Shown here: piece after piece, positions 51,023 through 60,142 of the stretch
Numbering within the stretch: the stretch's first letter is position 1
Layout of the letters: each line of letters starts with the position of its first letter
From: Gemmatimonadota bacterium
Lineage (GTDB): Bacteria; 4572-55; J002
DNA: 64,000 nucleotides
Direction of reading: 5' to 3'
Assembly: GCA_003697105.1 (NCBI GenBank)
Contig: RFFQ01000113.1
Span: 1 to 64,000, forward strand
Program-made: the position numbers and the translations under genes
Notes under the pieces: model-generated
Databases searched by the model: none
Told to the model about the DNA's origin: nothing
Seen by the model: the letters and a program-made list of their open reading frames with translations, nothing else

Positions 51023-51044
51023 GAGGCTTAAAATGAGGGTTCTG

Positions 51045-51554
51045 TTATTCGTTGCTTTCAGCTTCCGGCGCACGTTCGCCTAATTCTCGATCCAGCAGAA
51101 ACAATGCCTGCCCGGAGTCACCGATGAGTTTCAATTTTTCGATGATGTCGGTCGCATTTTCTTCTTCTTCAACTTGCTCATCGATAAACCAGTGGAGTAA
51201 GGTCTGGAAGGCGTAATCTTTTTCTTCCACTGCCAGCGCGTATAAGTCATTAATCCGCGAGGTGATATATTGTTCGTGCTGTAGTACGGCTTCAAAAATT
51301 TGCAACGGGTTTGTCAACTCAATTTCGGGTTTATCAATGGTTTTAAGTTCCACCGAGCCACCGCGGCGCAGGATAAAATGGTAAAACTTCATCGCATGTT
51401 CGATCTCTTCCTGCCATTGCAATTGCAACCAGTGGGCAAAACCGTTCAGATTTCTTTCGGCAAAATGAGCGGACATCGCTAAATAGATATACGCTGACTG
51501 AAATTCAGCTTGAATTTGATCATTGATCGCGTCTTGAATCTTTTTATTCATCAT
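51045..51554 (-). CDS. ftnA: Non-heme ferritin
   Basis: EFQSAYIYLAM, EEIEHA, WFIDEQVEEE ferroxidase residues; AAGGAG SD. Confidence 0.93.
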   Translation of the reverse strand: MMNKKIQDAINDQIQAEFQSAYIYLAMSAHFAERNLNGFAHWLQLQWQEEIEHAMKFYHFILRRGGSVELKTIDKPEIELTNPLQIFEAVLQHEQYITSRINDLYALAVEEKDYAFQTLLHWFIDEQVEEEENATDIIEKLKLIGDSGQALFLLDRELGERAPEAESNE

Positions 51555-51607
51555 AGACTCCTTTCATCTGAGCTTATTAATGTTATAAAAATGTTATAAG
51601 TATGACC

Positions 51608-51652
51608 AAAAAAAGGGTTTGCTAACCCCTTCGGGTTTTAAATCAGCAAACC
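51608..51652 (-). terminator. Intrinsic terminator between pgi and ferritin
   Basis: Minus strand GGTTTGCTGA...TTAGCAAACC followed by CTTTTTTT. Confidence 0.7.
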
Positions 51653-51676
51653 AATCTACAGATTATGAATGGCTAC

Positions 51677-51705
51677 ATCATATAAAAATTCGCGATGCGG
51701 GTCAA
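51677..51705 (-). promoter_or_regulatory. Sigma70-type promoter just after the pgi stop
   Basis: Minus strand TTGACC-17 nt-TATGAT. Confidence 0.55.
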
Positions 51706-51708
51706 TGC

Positions 51709-53157
51709 CTAATTTTCGGGTTTGAGTTTGGTTTTCATGATCGTTTTGTAGGCTTCCACTCCCGGTTGGTTAAAAGCATCTACATTGGCTAGAGCACCTT
51801 CATACGCCACAGAAAGTGCCAAGATGTACATGATTTGCCCCACATAGTAGGCATTAAGTTGGGGTAAGGTAAAGGTTGCATTCAGCCGTCCGGCAGAGAT
51901 TTGCGCTTCCGCATTGGCGGCAAGTGCCGCATCGAGTCCTTGGCTCATGGAGATGTTGGTAAAGGCATTAAATGCCGGAAATTCGGGATAGGGGTTCGGG
52001 ATCACCGGATCGGGGTTCCACTGTTCAACCCGTACAAACTGTACCACTTTATCGAGGGTCCCTTCCTGATGTTGCTGAACTTGCGCGTGCATATCTGTTG
52101 TTCCGACGGCTACGATGGGTGTGCGCCCGTAATGAACCACATTACCCGCCCGGTCATATTTTTTGCCTAAACTTTCTGCCAGTAACTGGATGTACCATTC
52201 GGCGAGGGATTTAAGCGTGTTGCTATACGGCATAAACACTTCGATATTACGTCCGTACTTCACATACGCCAGATATTTGAGTACCGCATTTAGGAGTGCC
52301 ATGTTCTCAAACGGGTCTGCCGCTTGGGTCTGCTGATCGGCGTCTCGGGCACCTTGTAAAAAGGCATGGATATCGAAGCCCAATGCCGCTCCGGTCACCA
52401 ACCCGACGTCGGAAAATACACTGAATCGCCCGCCCACACCGTCCGGTACACGGAATATTTGCCAGCCATTTTTCACTGCCATTTTGTGGAGGATTGTCTC
52501 TTTTTCGTCGTCTCTGGGATCGGTGACGGCAACGACGGTGGTCTTAATGTTGGCTTCTTTCAATTTTTGCTGGAGGACAAAAAAGCACGCCATCGTTTCC
52601 ATCGTACTGCCGGATTTGGAGATGATTTGTAATAGCACGTGGTAATCCGGGGTTATGCGGGCATCCCGCTGGAGGTGCTCCGCCAGTTGTGAGGTATGCG
52701 CCGGGTCCACATTGTTGCCGGAAAAATAATATTTCGGGCGACCACCCCGTTCGGCGGGGGTCAGTTCGTTCCAAAACTCCCCGCACTGCAGATCAAAAAG
52801 TACTTTGTTACCCAAAAACGATCCCCCGATGCCCAAAGAGACGACGGTATCAACCTGATTTTTAAGGGATTCTCCCCACGTGATTAACTGTTGTACGGTT
52901 TCGGTGGTGTTTAAGTGATCATGACCGCGATCCAAATACGGCAGTTGGGTGAATAAAACATCTTCCGGGCTTCCGTCTTTACTGCAGTGATGGGGAATGA
53001 AGCCGGTCTCACGCAAGGTTTGGATTTCGCGATGGGCGGCATCGATTTTATCCTGAAGATGGTCAATGTCGCGCGGAGTTACGCCCTGCTCGTGGAGCAG
53101 ATTTCTAAAATCGAATGTCAAACCTTGGGGGAGGGTTATCATTTTTGTTGACATCAT
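51709..53157 (-). CDS. pgi: Glucose-6-phosphate isomerase
   Basis: GIGGSFLG, ISKSGSTMET, VGGRFSV, QLLAESLGK, GTTDMH, AFNQPGVEAYK. Confidence 0.94.
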   Translation of the reverse strand: MMSTKMITLPQGLTFDFRNLLHEQGVTPRDIDHLQDKIDAAHREIQTLRETGFIPHHCSKDGSPEDVLFTQLPYLDRGHDHLNTTETVQQLITWGESLKNQVDTVVSLGIGGSFLGNKVLFDLQCGEFWNELTPAERGGRPKYYFSGNNVDPAHTSQLAEHLQRDARITPDYHVLLQIISKSGSTMETMACFFVLQQKLKEANIKTTVVAVTDPRDDEKETILHKMAVKNGWQIFRVPDGVGGRFSVFSDVGLVTGAALGFDIHAFLQGARDADQQTQAADPFENMALLNAVLKYLAYVKYGRNIEVFMPYSNTLKSLAEWYIQLLAESLGKKYDRAGNVVHYGRTPIVAVGTTDMHAQVQQHQEGTLDKVVQFVRVEQWNPDPVIPNPYPEFPAFNAFTNISMSQGLDAALAANAEAQISAGRLNATFTLPQLNAYYVGQIMYILALSVAYEGALANVDAFNQPGVEAYKTIMKTKLKPEN

Positions 53158-53256
53158 GCTCTCCTATATAACAATACCTGCACCAAAATTTTTTGAAGAC
53201 CTTAGTGGTTTTATTATCAATTCGCAAATTTGATAAACATCTCGGCATCACACAAC

Positions 53257-53760
53257 TCAAAATGACTGAAATTGATGCTGATAGCGGACACGGTTTTGCC
53301 GAAAGGCTTCCATGGTGATCATAGCGACCGAATTTGCCAAATTGTAAGCGCGAATGTTCCCCAAAATGGGAATTTTCAGACACCGCTCTGTGTACTGTTC
53401 CCGAAGCGCGGCGGGTAAGCCGTGCGTTTCATTACCAAACAGAAAGAGATCGCCCGGTTGAAATTCAACGTCGGTATAGTAGCGGCTGCCAAATTTGGTA
53501 ATCAGATAAAAATTAAAATCGGTTAGGGGAAAGTCCTTTAGGGACGCATATATCTGATAATCCAAGTGTTCCCAGTAGTCAAGTCCGGCACGTTTAACGG
53601 TACGGTCACTCAACACAAACCCAAAGGGGCGGATAAGATGCAAGCGTGCCCGAAGTCCGGCGCATAACCGCCCGATATTTCCGGTATTTTCCGGAATTTG
53701 AGGTGAATATAAACCGACATGAAAGGTCGGGATTTCCCGTTGGTGGGGTGATCTTTCCAT
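53257..53760 (-). CDS. trmL: tRNA (cytidine/uridine-34 2'-O)-methyltransferase
   Basis: PQIPENTGNIGRLC, KRAGLDYW, FGNETHGL, RAYNLANSV. Confidence 0.93.
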   Translation of the reverse strand: MERSPHQREIPTFHVGLYSPQIPENTGNIGRLCAGLRARLHLIRPFGFVLSDRTVKRAGLDYWEHLDYQIYASLKDFPLTDFNFYLITKFGSRYYTDVEFQPGDLFLFGNETHGLPAALREQYTERCLKIPILGNIRAYNLANSVAMITMEAFRQNRVRYQHQFQSF

Positions 53761-53761
53761 G

Positions 53762-53905
53762 CTAATCCACGTTGAATTGTTCGCGCCACTTATCCAATAC
53801 CATCGTGAGCAGTAATGCCGCCGAAATACCGGTAGAGGCGTAATAATATTCGCCTAGAAAAAAGAACATAGCATAAAGTACCAGCAGGTAAAACGGGATT
53901 TTCAT
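53762..53905 (-). CDS. Small hydrophobic protein (47 aa), below the track size cutoff
   Basis: MKIPFYLLVLYAMFFFLGEYYYASTGISAALLLTMVLDKWREQFNVD*; stop lies 1 nt before the trmL ATG. Confidence 0.5.
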   Translation of the reverse strand: MKIPFYLLVLYAMFFFLGEYYYASTGISAALLLTMVLDKWREQFNVD

Positions 53906-53972
53906 TTGATTATCGTCCGTTTTCGATACACATCTTGTCCTTAATACAAAAAGAGTTGAATCCCAATCCGGG

Positions 53973-55478
53973 TTACAGTTCGTACAGCTCGCCGTATTTT
54001 GTTTTGAGATAGGTCATATACGGTTCGATGGTCATCGATTTACCGGTGACCCGTTCGATGAGTTCTGGAGCGGTGTACTTGCTACCGTGTTGGTAGATAT
54101 TTTCCTTTAACCAACCGTGGAGTATCTCAAACTGTCCCTTTTCGATCTCGGATGGAATCCCCGGATGGGCGTTGAGGGCGGCTTCAAAGAACTGTCCGCT
54201 AAGGATATTCCCCAGCGTATAGCCCGGAAATGAGCCACCGATCATCCCGTGGAACCAGTGTACATCTTGCATACAGCCATCTTTATCATGGGGTGGGGTG
54301 ATGCCCAAATCGCTGGTGTAGCGGGCATTCCACGCTTCCGGTAAATCTTTTACAGCCAGTTTGTTTTCGAGCATTTCATTGGCTAAGTCAAAGCGGATCA
54401 TGACGTGTAAGTTATAGGTGACTTCGTCGGCATCAACCCGGATTAACGAGGGTTCAACTTTGTTGATTGCCCGATAAAATTGACCGGTGTCCACATCGTG
54501 GAGTTGCTCGGGGAAAACCGCCTTCAGTTTTGGGAAAAAGTGTGTCCAAAACTCCCGACTACGTCCAACCACATTTTCCCACAGGCGAGATTGGCTTTCG
54601 TGCACGCCTGCTGAGGTTCCGCGATCCAAAGGTGTACCCTCATAGGCGGGGTTAATGCCCTGCTCGTACATGCCGTGTCCGGCTTCATGCAGGGTGCTGA
54701 ATAGGGCGTCGCTAACGTCATCTTCCCGAAAGCGGGTTGTTATGCGCACATCCCCGATGGAAAATTTGGTGCAAAAGGGGTGGTGGGTGCGATCCTGTCG
54801 CCCCCGGTTCAAATCGTAACCGTATTTTTCAATGACCATGAGTCCAAACCGTTCTTGATCCGCTTCGGGGTAGTGGCGGTGGAGGAAGTCCGTGCGGGGC
54901 GGGGGCTGTTGGCGGATGGCTTCCACCAGCGGCACCAGATGGCGACGCAATTCCGCGAACAGCGGTTGGATGGTGGCAACGGTCATGCCGTAATTCCACC
55001 GGCTAATACGGGCATCTGCCGGATGGTCCAGCTCTGGATAGAATGCGGAATGCTCGCGACTAAAATCCAATGTTTTTTCCAAATAGGGGCGGATTTTCTC
55101 AAAGTCATTTGCTGGGCGGGCTTGTGTCCATATTTGGTAGGATGTGCCGATGTGTTCGTAAAAGCGTCCCATGAAGTCCGCGGGAACTTTTGTTGCCCAT
55201 TCAAAATTGCGCCGTCCTACGCGGATGACACTCGCCTCGTCGGAGTCATAGGGGAGACTTTCTTCATACGGTTTCAGGTCATCCAGCAGTTTGCCGAGTT
55301 CATCCGCCGTTGCTTTTTCGTGAAAAATGCGTCCCAACGTGGCCGTTTGGCGGCTACGGGCGGCGGTGCCACCGGGGGGCATGTAGGTGGATTGGTCCCA
55401 ATGTAAAACGGACAGTACCCGGCTGATGTCTGTCATTTCCTGATAGTAGCGGAGCAACTGTTGATATAATTCGTGCAT
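53973..55478 (-). CDS. Carboxypeptidase M32 (Taq-like)
   Basis: WDQSTYMP, HPFC, DVRITT, LHEAGH, HESQS, IRVDADE, QDVHW; start MHELYQ with AGGAG SD. Confidence 0.95.
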   Translation of the reverse strand: MHELYQQLLRYYQEMTDISRVLSVLHWDQSTYMPPGGTAARSRQTATLGRIFHEKATADELGKLLDDLKPYEESLPYDSDEASVIRVGRRNFEWATKVPADFMGRFYEHIGTSYQIWTQARPANDFEKIRPYLEKTLDFSREHSAFYPELDHPADARISRWNYGMTVATIQPLFAELRRHLVPLVEAIRQQPPPRTDFLHRHYPEADQERFGLMVIEKYGYDLNRGRQDRTHHPFCTKFSIGDVRITTRFREDDVSDALFSTLHEAGHGMYEQGINPAYEGTPLDRGTSAGVHESQSRLWENVVGRSREFWTHFFPKLKAVFPEQLHDVDTGQFYRAINKVEPSLIRVDADEVTYNLHVMIRFDLANEMLENKLAVKDLPEAWNARYTSDLGITPPHDKDGCMQDVHWFHGMIGGSFPGYTLGNILSGQFFEAALNAHPGIPSEIEKGQFEILHGWLKENIYQHGSKYTAPELIERVTGKSMTIEPYMTYLKTKYGELYEL

Positions 55479-55506
55479 ATGTTCTCCTAATGTTGAGGTT
55501 AGGTGT

Positions 55507-56337
55507 TTATAGCTGGTGATGTTTGCTTTGCCGGGGGATGGGCAAATATTCCACACCGCCACTCTGCCGTCGCATCGGTTGGGGATAGAGCGTCATCAGG
55601 TGGAGGATATCCGCGGGCATATCGGTATTGACCGGAAGCCCAAGCGAGCGGGCTTCTTCCGCCGAGATGGGGTAATCATGTGTCCATGTACCACTGGCTA
55701 ATCGGGTGGCGAGTTCTTTCGCGGTGGTTTCGTCCATTGTTCGTCGTAAGAGGTCGGTTGTTGCCGCTTCGAGTTGCTGGATTGCTTTGCGCCCGATGTC
55801 CGCCATCATGAGGGTTTCATCTTCGACCTCGGCAACCGGTTTCTGGTCAACTACTTTCAGGAAGGAGGCGGCGGGATATTGACCCAGTTGGGGATCAATG
55901 GGTCCCAAAACAGAATGTTTACACATGACGATTTCATCCGCGGCTAAGGCAATCAGCGTGCCCCCCGACATGGCATAATGAGGGACAAAGACCGTCACTT
56001 TACCCTTGTGAGTTTGAATAGCACGGGCAATTTGCAATGAAGCCAATACCAATCCCCCCGGGGTATGCAGTACGATGTCTAGCGGAACGTCATCATCGGT
56101 CATGTGGATCGCACGCAAGACTTCCTCCGAGTCATTGATGTCGATGAAGCGCATCAACGGAAAGCCGAGTAAACTCATGGTTTCCTGCCGGTGAACGAGG
56201 AGAATAACCCGCGAGCCGCGCATCTTTTCAATTTGGGCAATCTTTCGCGTTCGCATCGCATCCAGATATCGCCGTTGTAAGGTGGGTTGTAGCGCTGAAA
56301 TGATAAAGAAAAGCCACAGAACATCTATCACACCCAT
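55507..56337 (-). CDS. SDH-family ClpP-fold serine protease
   Basis: N-terminal TM; LHTPGG, YAMSGGTLIALAADEI, LGPIDPQ, WTHDYPI. Confidence 0.9.
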   Translation of the reverse strand: MGVIDVLWLFFIISALQPTLQRRYLDAMRTRKIAQIEKMRGSRVILLVHRQETMSLLGFPLMRFIDINDSEEVLRAIHMTDDDVPLDIVLHTPGGLVLASLQIARAIQTHKGKVTVFVPHYAMSGGTLIALAADEIVMCKHSVLGPIDPQLGQYPAASFLKVVDQKPVAEVEDETLMMADIGRKAIQQLEAATTDLLRRTMDETTAKELATRLASGTWTHDYPISAEEARSLGLPVNTDMPADILHLMTLYPQPMRRQSGGVEYLPIPRQSKHHQL

Positions 56338-57092
56338 GGTGATCCTCCTGATGAGCGATAACCGTTTGGAAAAAAACCATAACGCCCTTCGTCGGCATAA
56401 AACCGGCGGTAGGTGCGTTCGGATCGTTTAATTAGCGGGGTTAATATCCAGCCGGCGAGAAATCCGCCGATATGTGCCCACCACGCAATGCCACCGGTGG
56501 TTGGAGGCAATAGTAGCGAAAACACGCCGGGGATGATCTGGGTCATAAACCAGAAGAAGGCAAAAAAGATGGCGTACACTTCCACAAAAACCGGAAAAAT
56601 AAATACCGGAATGACCATCACCAGCCGTGCCAGCGGGAACAGACGCACATAACAGCCGATGACTCCCGCAATTGCGCCGGAGGCACCTAACGCCGGAACA
56701 ACCGAATGCGCATTTAACACGGCATGAGCCAGAGATGCCGCTATCCCACATAACAGATAAAAGCAGAGAAAACGCATGGACCCAAGTCGATCTTCCACCG
56801 CGGGTGCAAAAATCCAAAGTGTCCACATGTTCAAAATCAGATGTATCCAGCTGCCATGCAAGAACATGTTGGAGAAAAACGGGAGATAGTCGAATAGGGT
56901 GTGGGGCGGTGCGACTCCCGCGAGATGCCCAAAGTAGCGCGCCGGAATCAGGGCAAATACGGCAAGAAACCGCTCCAGCACCGGTGGTGAAAGGGATGCC
57001 TGAAACATAAAAATCATCCCGTTTAGGAATATTAGCATCCACGTAATCAGGGGTGGGTAACGGGTGGCTACACCATCTTGAATCGGAAACAT
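56328..57092 (-). CDS. Rhomboid intramembrane serine protease
   Basis: MFLHGSWIHLILNM, VEDRLG, GASGAIAG, WWAHIGGF. Confidence 0.93.
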   Translation of the reverse strand: MFPIQDGVATRYPPLITWMLIFLNGMIFMFQASLSPPVLERFLAVFALIPARYFGHLAGVAPPHTLFDYLPFFSNMFLHGSWIHLILNMWTLWIFAPAVEDRLGSMRFLCFYLLCGIAASLAHAVLNAHSVVPALGASGAIAGVIGCYVRLFPLARLVMVIPVFIFPVFVEVYAIFFAFFWFMTQIIPGVFSLLLPPTTGGIAWWAHIGGFLAGWILTPLIKRSERTYRRFYADEGRYGFFPNGYRSSGGSPWV

Positions 57093-57167
57093 GCGAGTCT
57101 GAATCCATCTTTAGTTATCGTTTTTTGTGAGAGTGTCCTCCGGTTGGGGCGCTTTTTCCCTGTGAAG

Positions 57168-57196
57168 GTTATACGATCTCTGGATTCGATTGTCAA
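57168..57196 (-). promoter_or_regulatory. Sigma70-type promoter for the protease operon
   Basis: Minus strand TTGACA-17 nt-TATAAC. Confidence 0.65.
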
Positions 57197-57327
57197 TGAT
57201 AAAACCCCATCCATTTTCCATGATTGGGCTATTGTGGATGCCTTGAAAAGGTTGTATATTGGGCGTCCACTCTAGCGAATCCATTTTGCGATCTCTATCA
57301 CAACATTTTTATGGCAAACTCGGGCTT

Positions 57328-59127
57328 ATGATTTCTCCCTATTTTCAATATAAAGATTTTATGCAACAGCATTATGGTACTCAACTTCACCGGATTCCAC
57401 TGGATATGGGTGATAGTTGTCCCAATCGCCTGCCGGATGGCTCCGGGGGGTGTACGTTTTGTAATCTGCGGGGCAGTAGAGCGATTCAAACCCTCGGTTA
57501 TGAAACGGTTTATGAGCAAGTTGATGCCGCTATCCGCTTTGCCCAGAGACGCTACCGGGCGACCCAATTTATCGCTTATATTCAGGCGTTTTCGGCGACT
57601 TTTGGGGCGAAGCGGCAACAGCAATATCTGGATTTGCTTTCCCGCTTCCCTTTTAGAGCGGTAGTCTTTGGCACCCGGCCGGATTATTTAACCCGATCCG
57701 CTTATGCTTTTTTGCAACAGCTTAATGAGTCGCTTGAAGTGTGGGTGGAGCTTGGTGTGCAGACCGTCCATGATCGCACTCTCCGGCGGATTAATCGGGG
57801 CCATGATTGGAGCGCCAGTGAACGGGCTATCCAGAAGCTACATGACACCGGTCTTCGGGTTGCCGTCCACGTGATTTTGGGGTTGCCCGGCGAAACTCCC
57901 GAAGACTTCCAATATACTGCCAATACCCTGGCGTCACTGCCGATTTCTGGGGTGAAAATCCACAATCTGCATATCGAAAAAGGTACGACTCTCGCTAAAG
58001 AACATGCGCTTACGCCGGTGCCTACCTTGATGGAATATGAATACGCCGAACATCTCATGGATTTTATCCGGCGGATGCCGCCAGACATCCCCATTATGCG
58101 TATCCATACGGACACGTTGCCGGAAGAACTCATTGCGCCCAAATGGCATATGGATACCCAACAGTTTAAGGCGTATGTAATTCGTCAAATGGTGTATCGT
58201 CAGTGGCGGCAAGGTGATTTATACCGCCATGGCTCGCCCTCTATGCCCATTGATCCTGAACCACCCGCGCCGGTCGCTACGGCGGATGGCTCCATTACCT
58301 TCTGGAGTGCCGATTATAAAGAACATTACCACGCAGCCGTCGGTGCGCGAACCGAAGCGTTGGAGAAGTTTATCCGGCCTTCTAACTTAATCGACCGATT
58401 AAAAAAAGGGGATGTCCGGTTGCTGGATGTTTGCTTCGGGTTAGGGTATAACAGTTTAATGGCGCTGGATGTGGCTCTTGCCACCAATGGTAAAGAACCG
58501 CTCCATGCGTTGGAGATTGTGGCGTTAGAAATGGATAAACGGGTGGTGCAAGCGGCGAGTCAGGCGCTTATCCCCTTAGAGACGGATTCATTTTGTTGGC
58601 AAACGGCTTTGCACGACCTTGTAACCCACGGTCACTGCACCGTAAGCCCGTCGGCTTCCATTGATATACGCTGGGGCGATGCACGTTTTACCGCTTCTCA
58701 ACTTCAACCCCATAGCATTGATATTATCTATCTGGATGCGTTTTCGACACAGCGGAACAGTGAACTCTGGACGGTTGATTTTTTCCGACAGTTACGAAAT
58801 CTGATGAAAGCGGATGGCGTTCTGATTACGTATTGCGCGGCGATTCCGGTGCGAAGCGGTCTTCTTGCCGCGGGTTTTCAGGTGGGAGAAACACCGCCGG
58901 TGGGGCGAGACCGGGGCGGAACTATCGCCGCCATCCAAGCGAACCATATTCCGCGACCTCTTCCGGCGAATGATCGTCATCTCATCGAGCACACGACCCG
59001 CGGGATTCCCTACCGCGACCCGTATGGCGTCTGGACAAATACGGAAATCTTAAGGCACCGGGAAGCGGAGATTTTAAAGTATAAGCAGGCTCGTGCATCG
59101 AACAGAATCGGGGCGGAGGTTTCATGA
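57328..59127 (+). CDS. Fusion of a TIGR01212 (YhcC/YtqA-MnmL-like) radical SAM and an MnmC-type (MnmD) tRNA methyltransferase
   Basis: N-half CPNRLPDGSGGCTFC, GTRPD, ELGVQT, INRGH, HVILGLPGE, GVKIHNL; Pro-rich linker; C-half TADGSITF...EHYH, DVCFGLGYN, YLDAFS..RNSELW, LITY, LLAAGF. Confidence 0.88.
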   Translation: MISPYFQYKDFMQQHYGTQLHRIPLDMGDSCPNRLPDGSGGCTFCNLRGSRAIQTLGYETVYEQVDAAIRFAQRRYRATQFIAYIQAFSATFGAKRQQQYLDLLSRFPFRAVVFGTRPDYLTRSAYAFLQQLNESLEVWVELGVQTVHDRTLRRINRGHDWSASERAIQKLHDTGLRVAVHVILGLPGETPEDFQYTANTLASLPISGVKIHNLHIEKGTTLAKEHALTPVPTLMEYEYAEHLMDFIRRMPPDIPIMRIHTDTLPEELIAPKWHMDTQQFKAYVIRQMVYRQWRQGDLYRHGSPSMPIDPEPPAPVATADGSITFWSADYKEHYHAAVGARTEALEKFIRPSNLIDRLKKGDVRLLDVCFGLGYNSLMALDVALATNGKEPLHALEIVALEMDKRVVQAASQALIPLETDSFCWQTALHDLVTHGHCTVSPSASIDIRWGDARFTASQLQPHSIDIIYLDAFSTQRNSELWTVDFFRQLRNLMKADGVLITYCAAIPVRSGLLAAGFQVGETPPVGRDRGGTIAAIQANHIPRPLPANDRHLIEHTTRGIPYRDPYGVWTNTEILRHREAEILKYKQARASNRIGAEVS

Positions 59128-60089
59128 CAACGGCGACCTCATTTTGGATTGTGGCCCCCCAAACCGGCCAATTTCGCTCAGAATCGTTGCCCCCTTTAGC
59201 CCCAAATGAGGTGGGTGTACGCACCCTATATAGCGGGATTAGTCGCGGTACCGAACGGTTGGTTTTTAAGGGCGATGTACCGGTTTCCCAATATCCGGTT
59301 ATGCGGGCACCATTTATGGCAGGAGAATTTCCTTTTCCGGTTAAGTACGGCTATTGTAACGTGGGAGTGGTAGTGGAAGGTGTCCCAGCATGGCAGGGAG
59401 CACGGGTATTTAGCTTGTTTCCACATCAGGATTATTTTCATCTTCGCACAGATGATCTGCTGCGTATCCCGGAGACGGTACCCTCCGAGCGAGCCGTTTT
59501 GGCGGCAAATATGGAGACTGCACTAAACAGCATTTGGGATAGCGACCTGCGGATTGGCGACCGGGTTGCCGTCATCGGTGCCGGGGTGGTGGGGTGCTTA
59601 ATTGCCTATCTTGCCGCCCAAATTCCAGCGGTCAATGTGACCCTGATCGATACATATCCGCCACGGCAGACCATTGCCGATCACTTGAACATCCCATTTC
59701 AAACACCGGATCAGGTGCAGAGCGAGTTTGACCGAATTTTTCACGCCAGCGGCCATCCGGCAGGGTTACAAACGGCGTTACAGTGGGCGGCACCAGAAGC
59801 GCAAATTATCGAAGCGAGTTGGTTTGGAGATACAGAAGTGTGTTTACCCCTTGGGGAGGCATTTCACTCCCGGCGGTTGCAGGTTATTGGTTCGCAAGTG
59901 GGATCGGTTGCCATCTCTCGCCGGACACGATATACTTCCCGGCAACGCTTGGCATTAGCACTCTCACTTCTCGCGGATGACCGGCTGGACGCGTTGTTCA
60001 CGGATCGTATTGCCTTTGCGGATTTACCGGAGCAGTATCCCCGCTTGTTGAATGCCGCGTCCGTACTGGGCATCATTGTGAAATATTAG
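59124..60089 (+). CDS. MDR-family (zinc-binding-type) alcohol dehydrogenase
   Basis: SGISRGTE, FPVKYGY, PHQ, ANMETALN, GAGVVG, LGEAFHSRRL...SQV; ATGA overlap with the upstream gene. Confidence 0.87.
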   Translation: MTTATSFWIVAPQTGQFRSESLPPLAPNEVGVRTLYSGISRGTERLVFKGDVPVSQYPVMRAPFMAGEFPFPVKYGYCNVGVVVEGVPAWQGARVFSLFPHQDYFHLRTDDLLRIPETVPSERAVLAANMETALNSIWDSDLRIGDRVAVIGAGVVGCLIAYLAAQIPAVNVTLIDTYPPRQTIADHLNIPFQTPDQVQSEFDRIFHASGHPAGLQTALQWAAPEAQIIEASWFGDTEVCLPLGEAFHSRRLQVIGSQVGSVAISRRTRYTSRQRLALALSLLADDRLDALFTDRIAFADLPEQYPRLLNAASVLGIIVKY

Positions 60090-60095
60090 GGATAT

Positions 60096-60142
60096 GAGTT
60101 GGGGAGTTTAGGAGTTTGGGAGTTTAGAAGTTAGGGAGTTAA
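60096..60142. repeat. Degenerate octamer tandem repeat, 6 units, GAGTT(T/G/A)(A/G)G
   Basis: gagttggg gagtttag gagtttgg gagtttag aagttagg gagttaa. Confidence 0.8.

Noticed and set aside
56428-57108. Long alternate-frame ORFs (this 226 aa one, 42021..42683, 13783..14391, 54780..55406 and others)
   Set aside because: They overlap well-supported genes and carry no recognisable motifs; treated as shadow ORFs.
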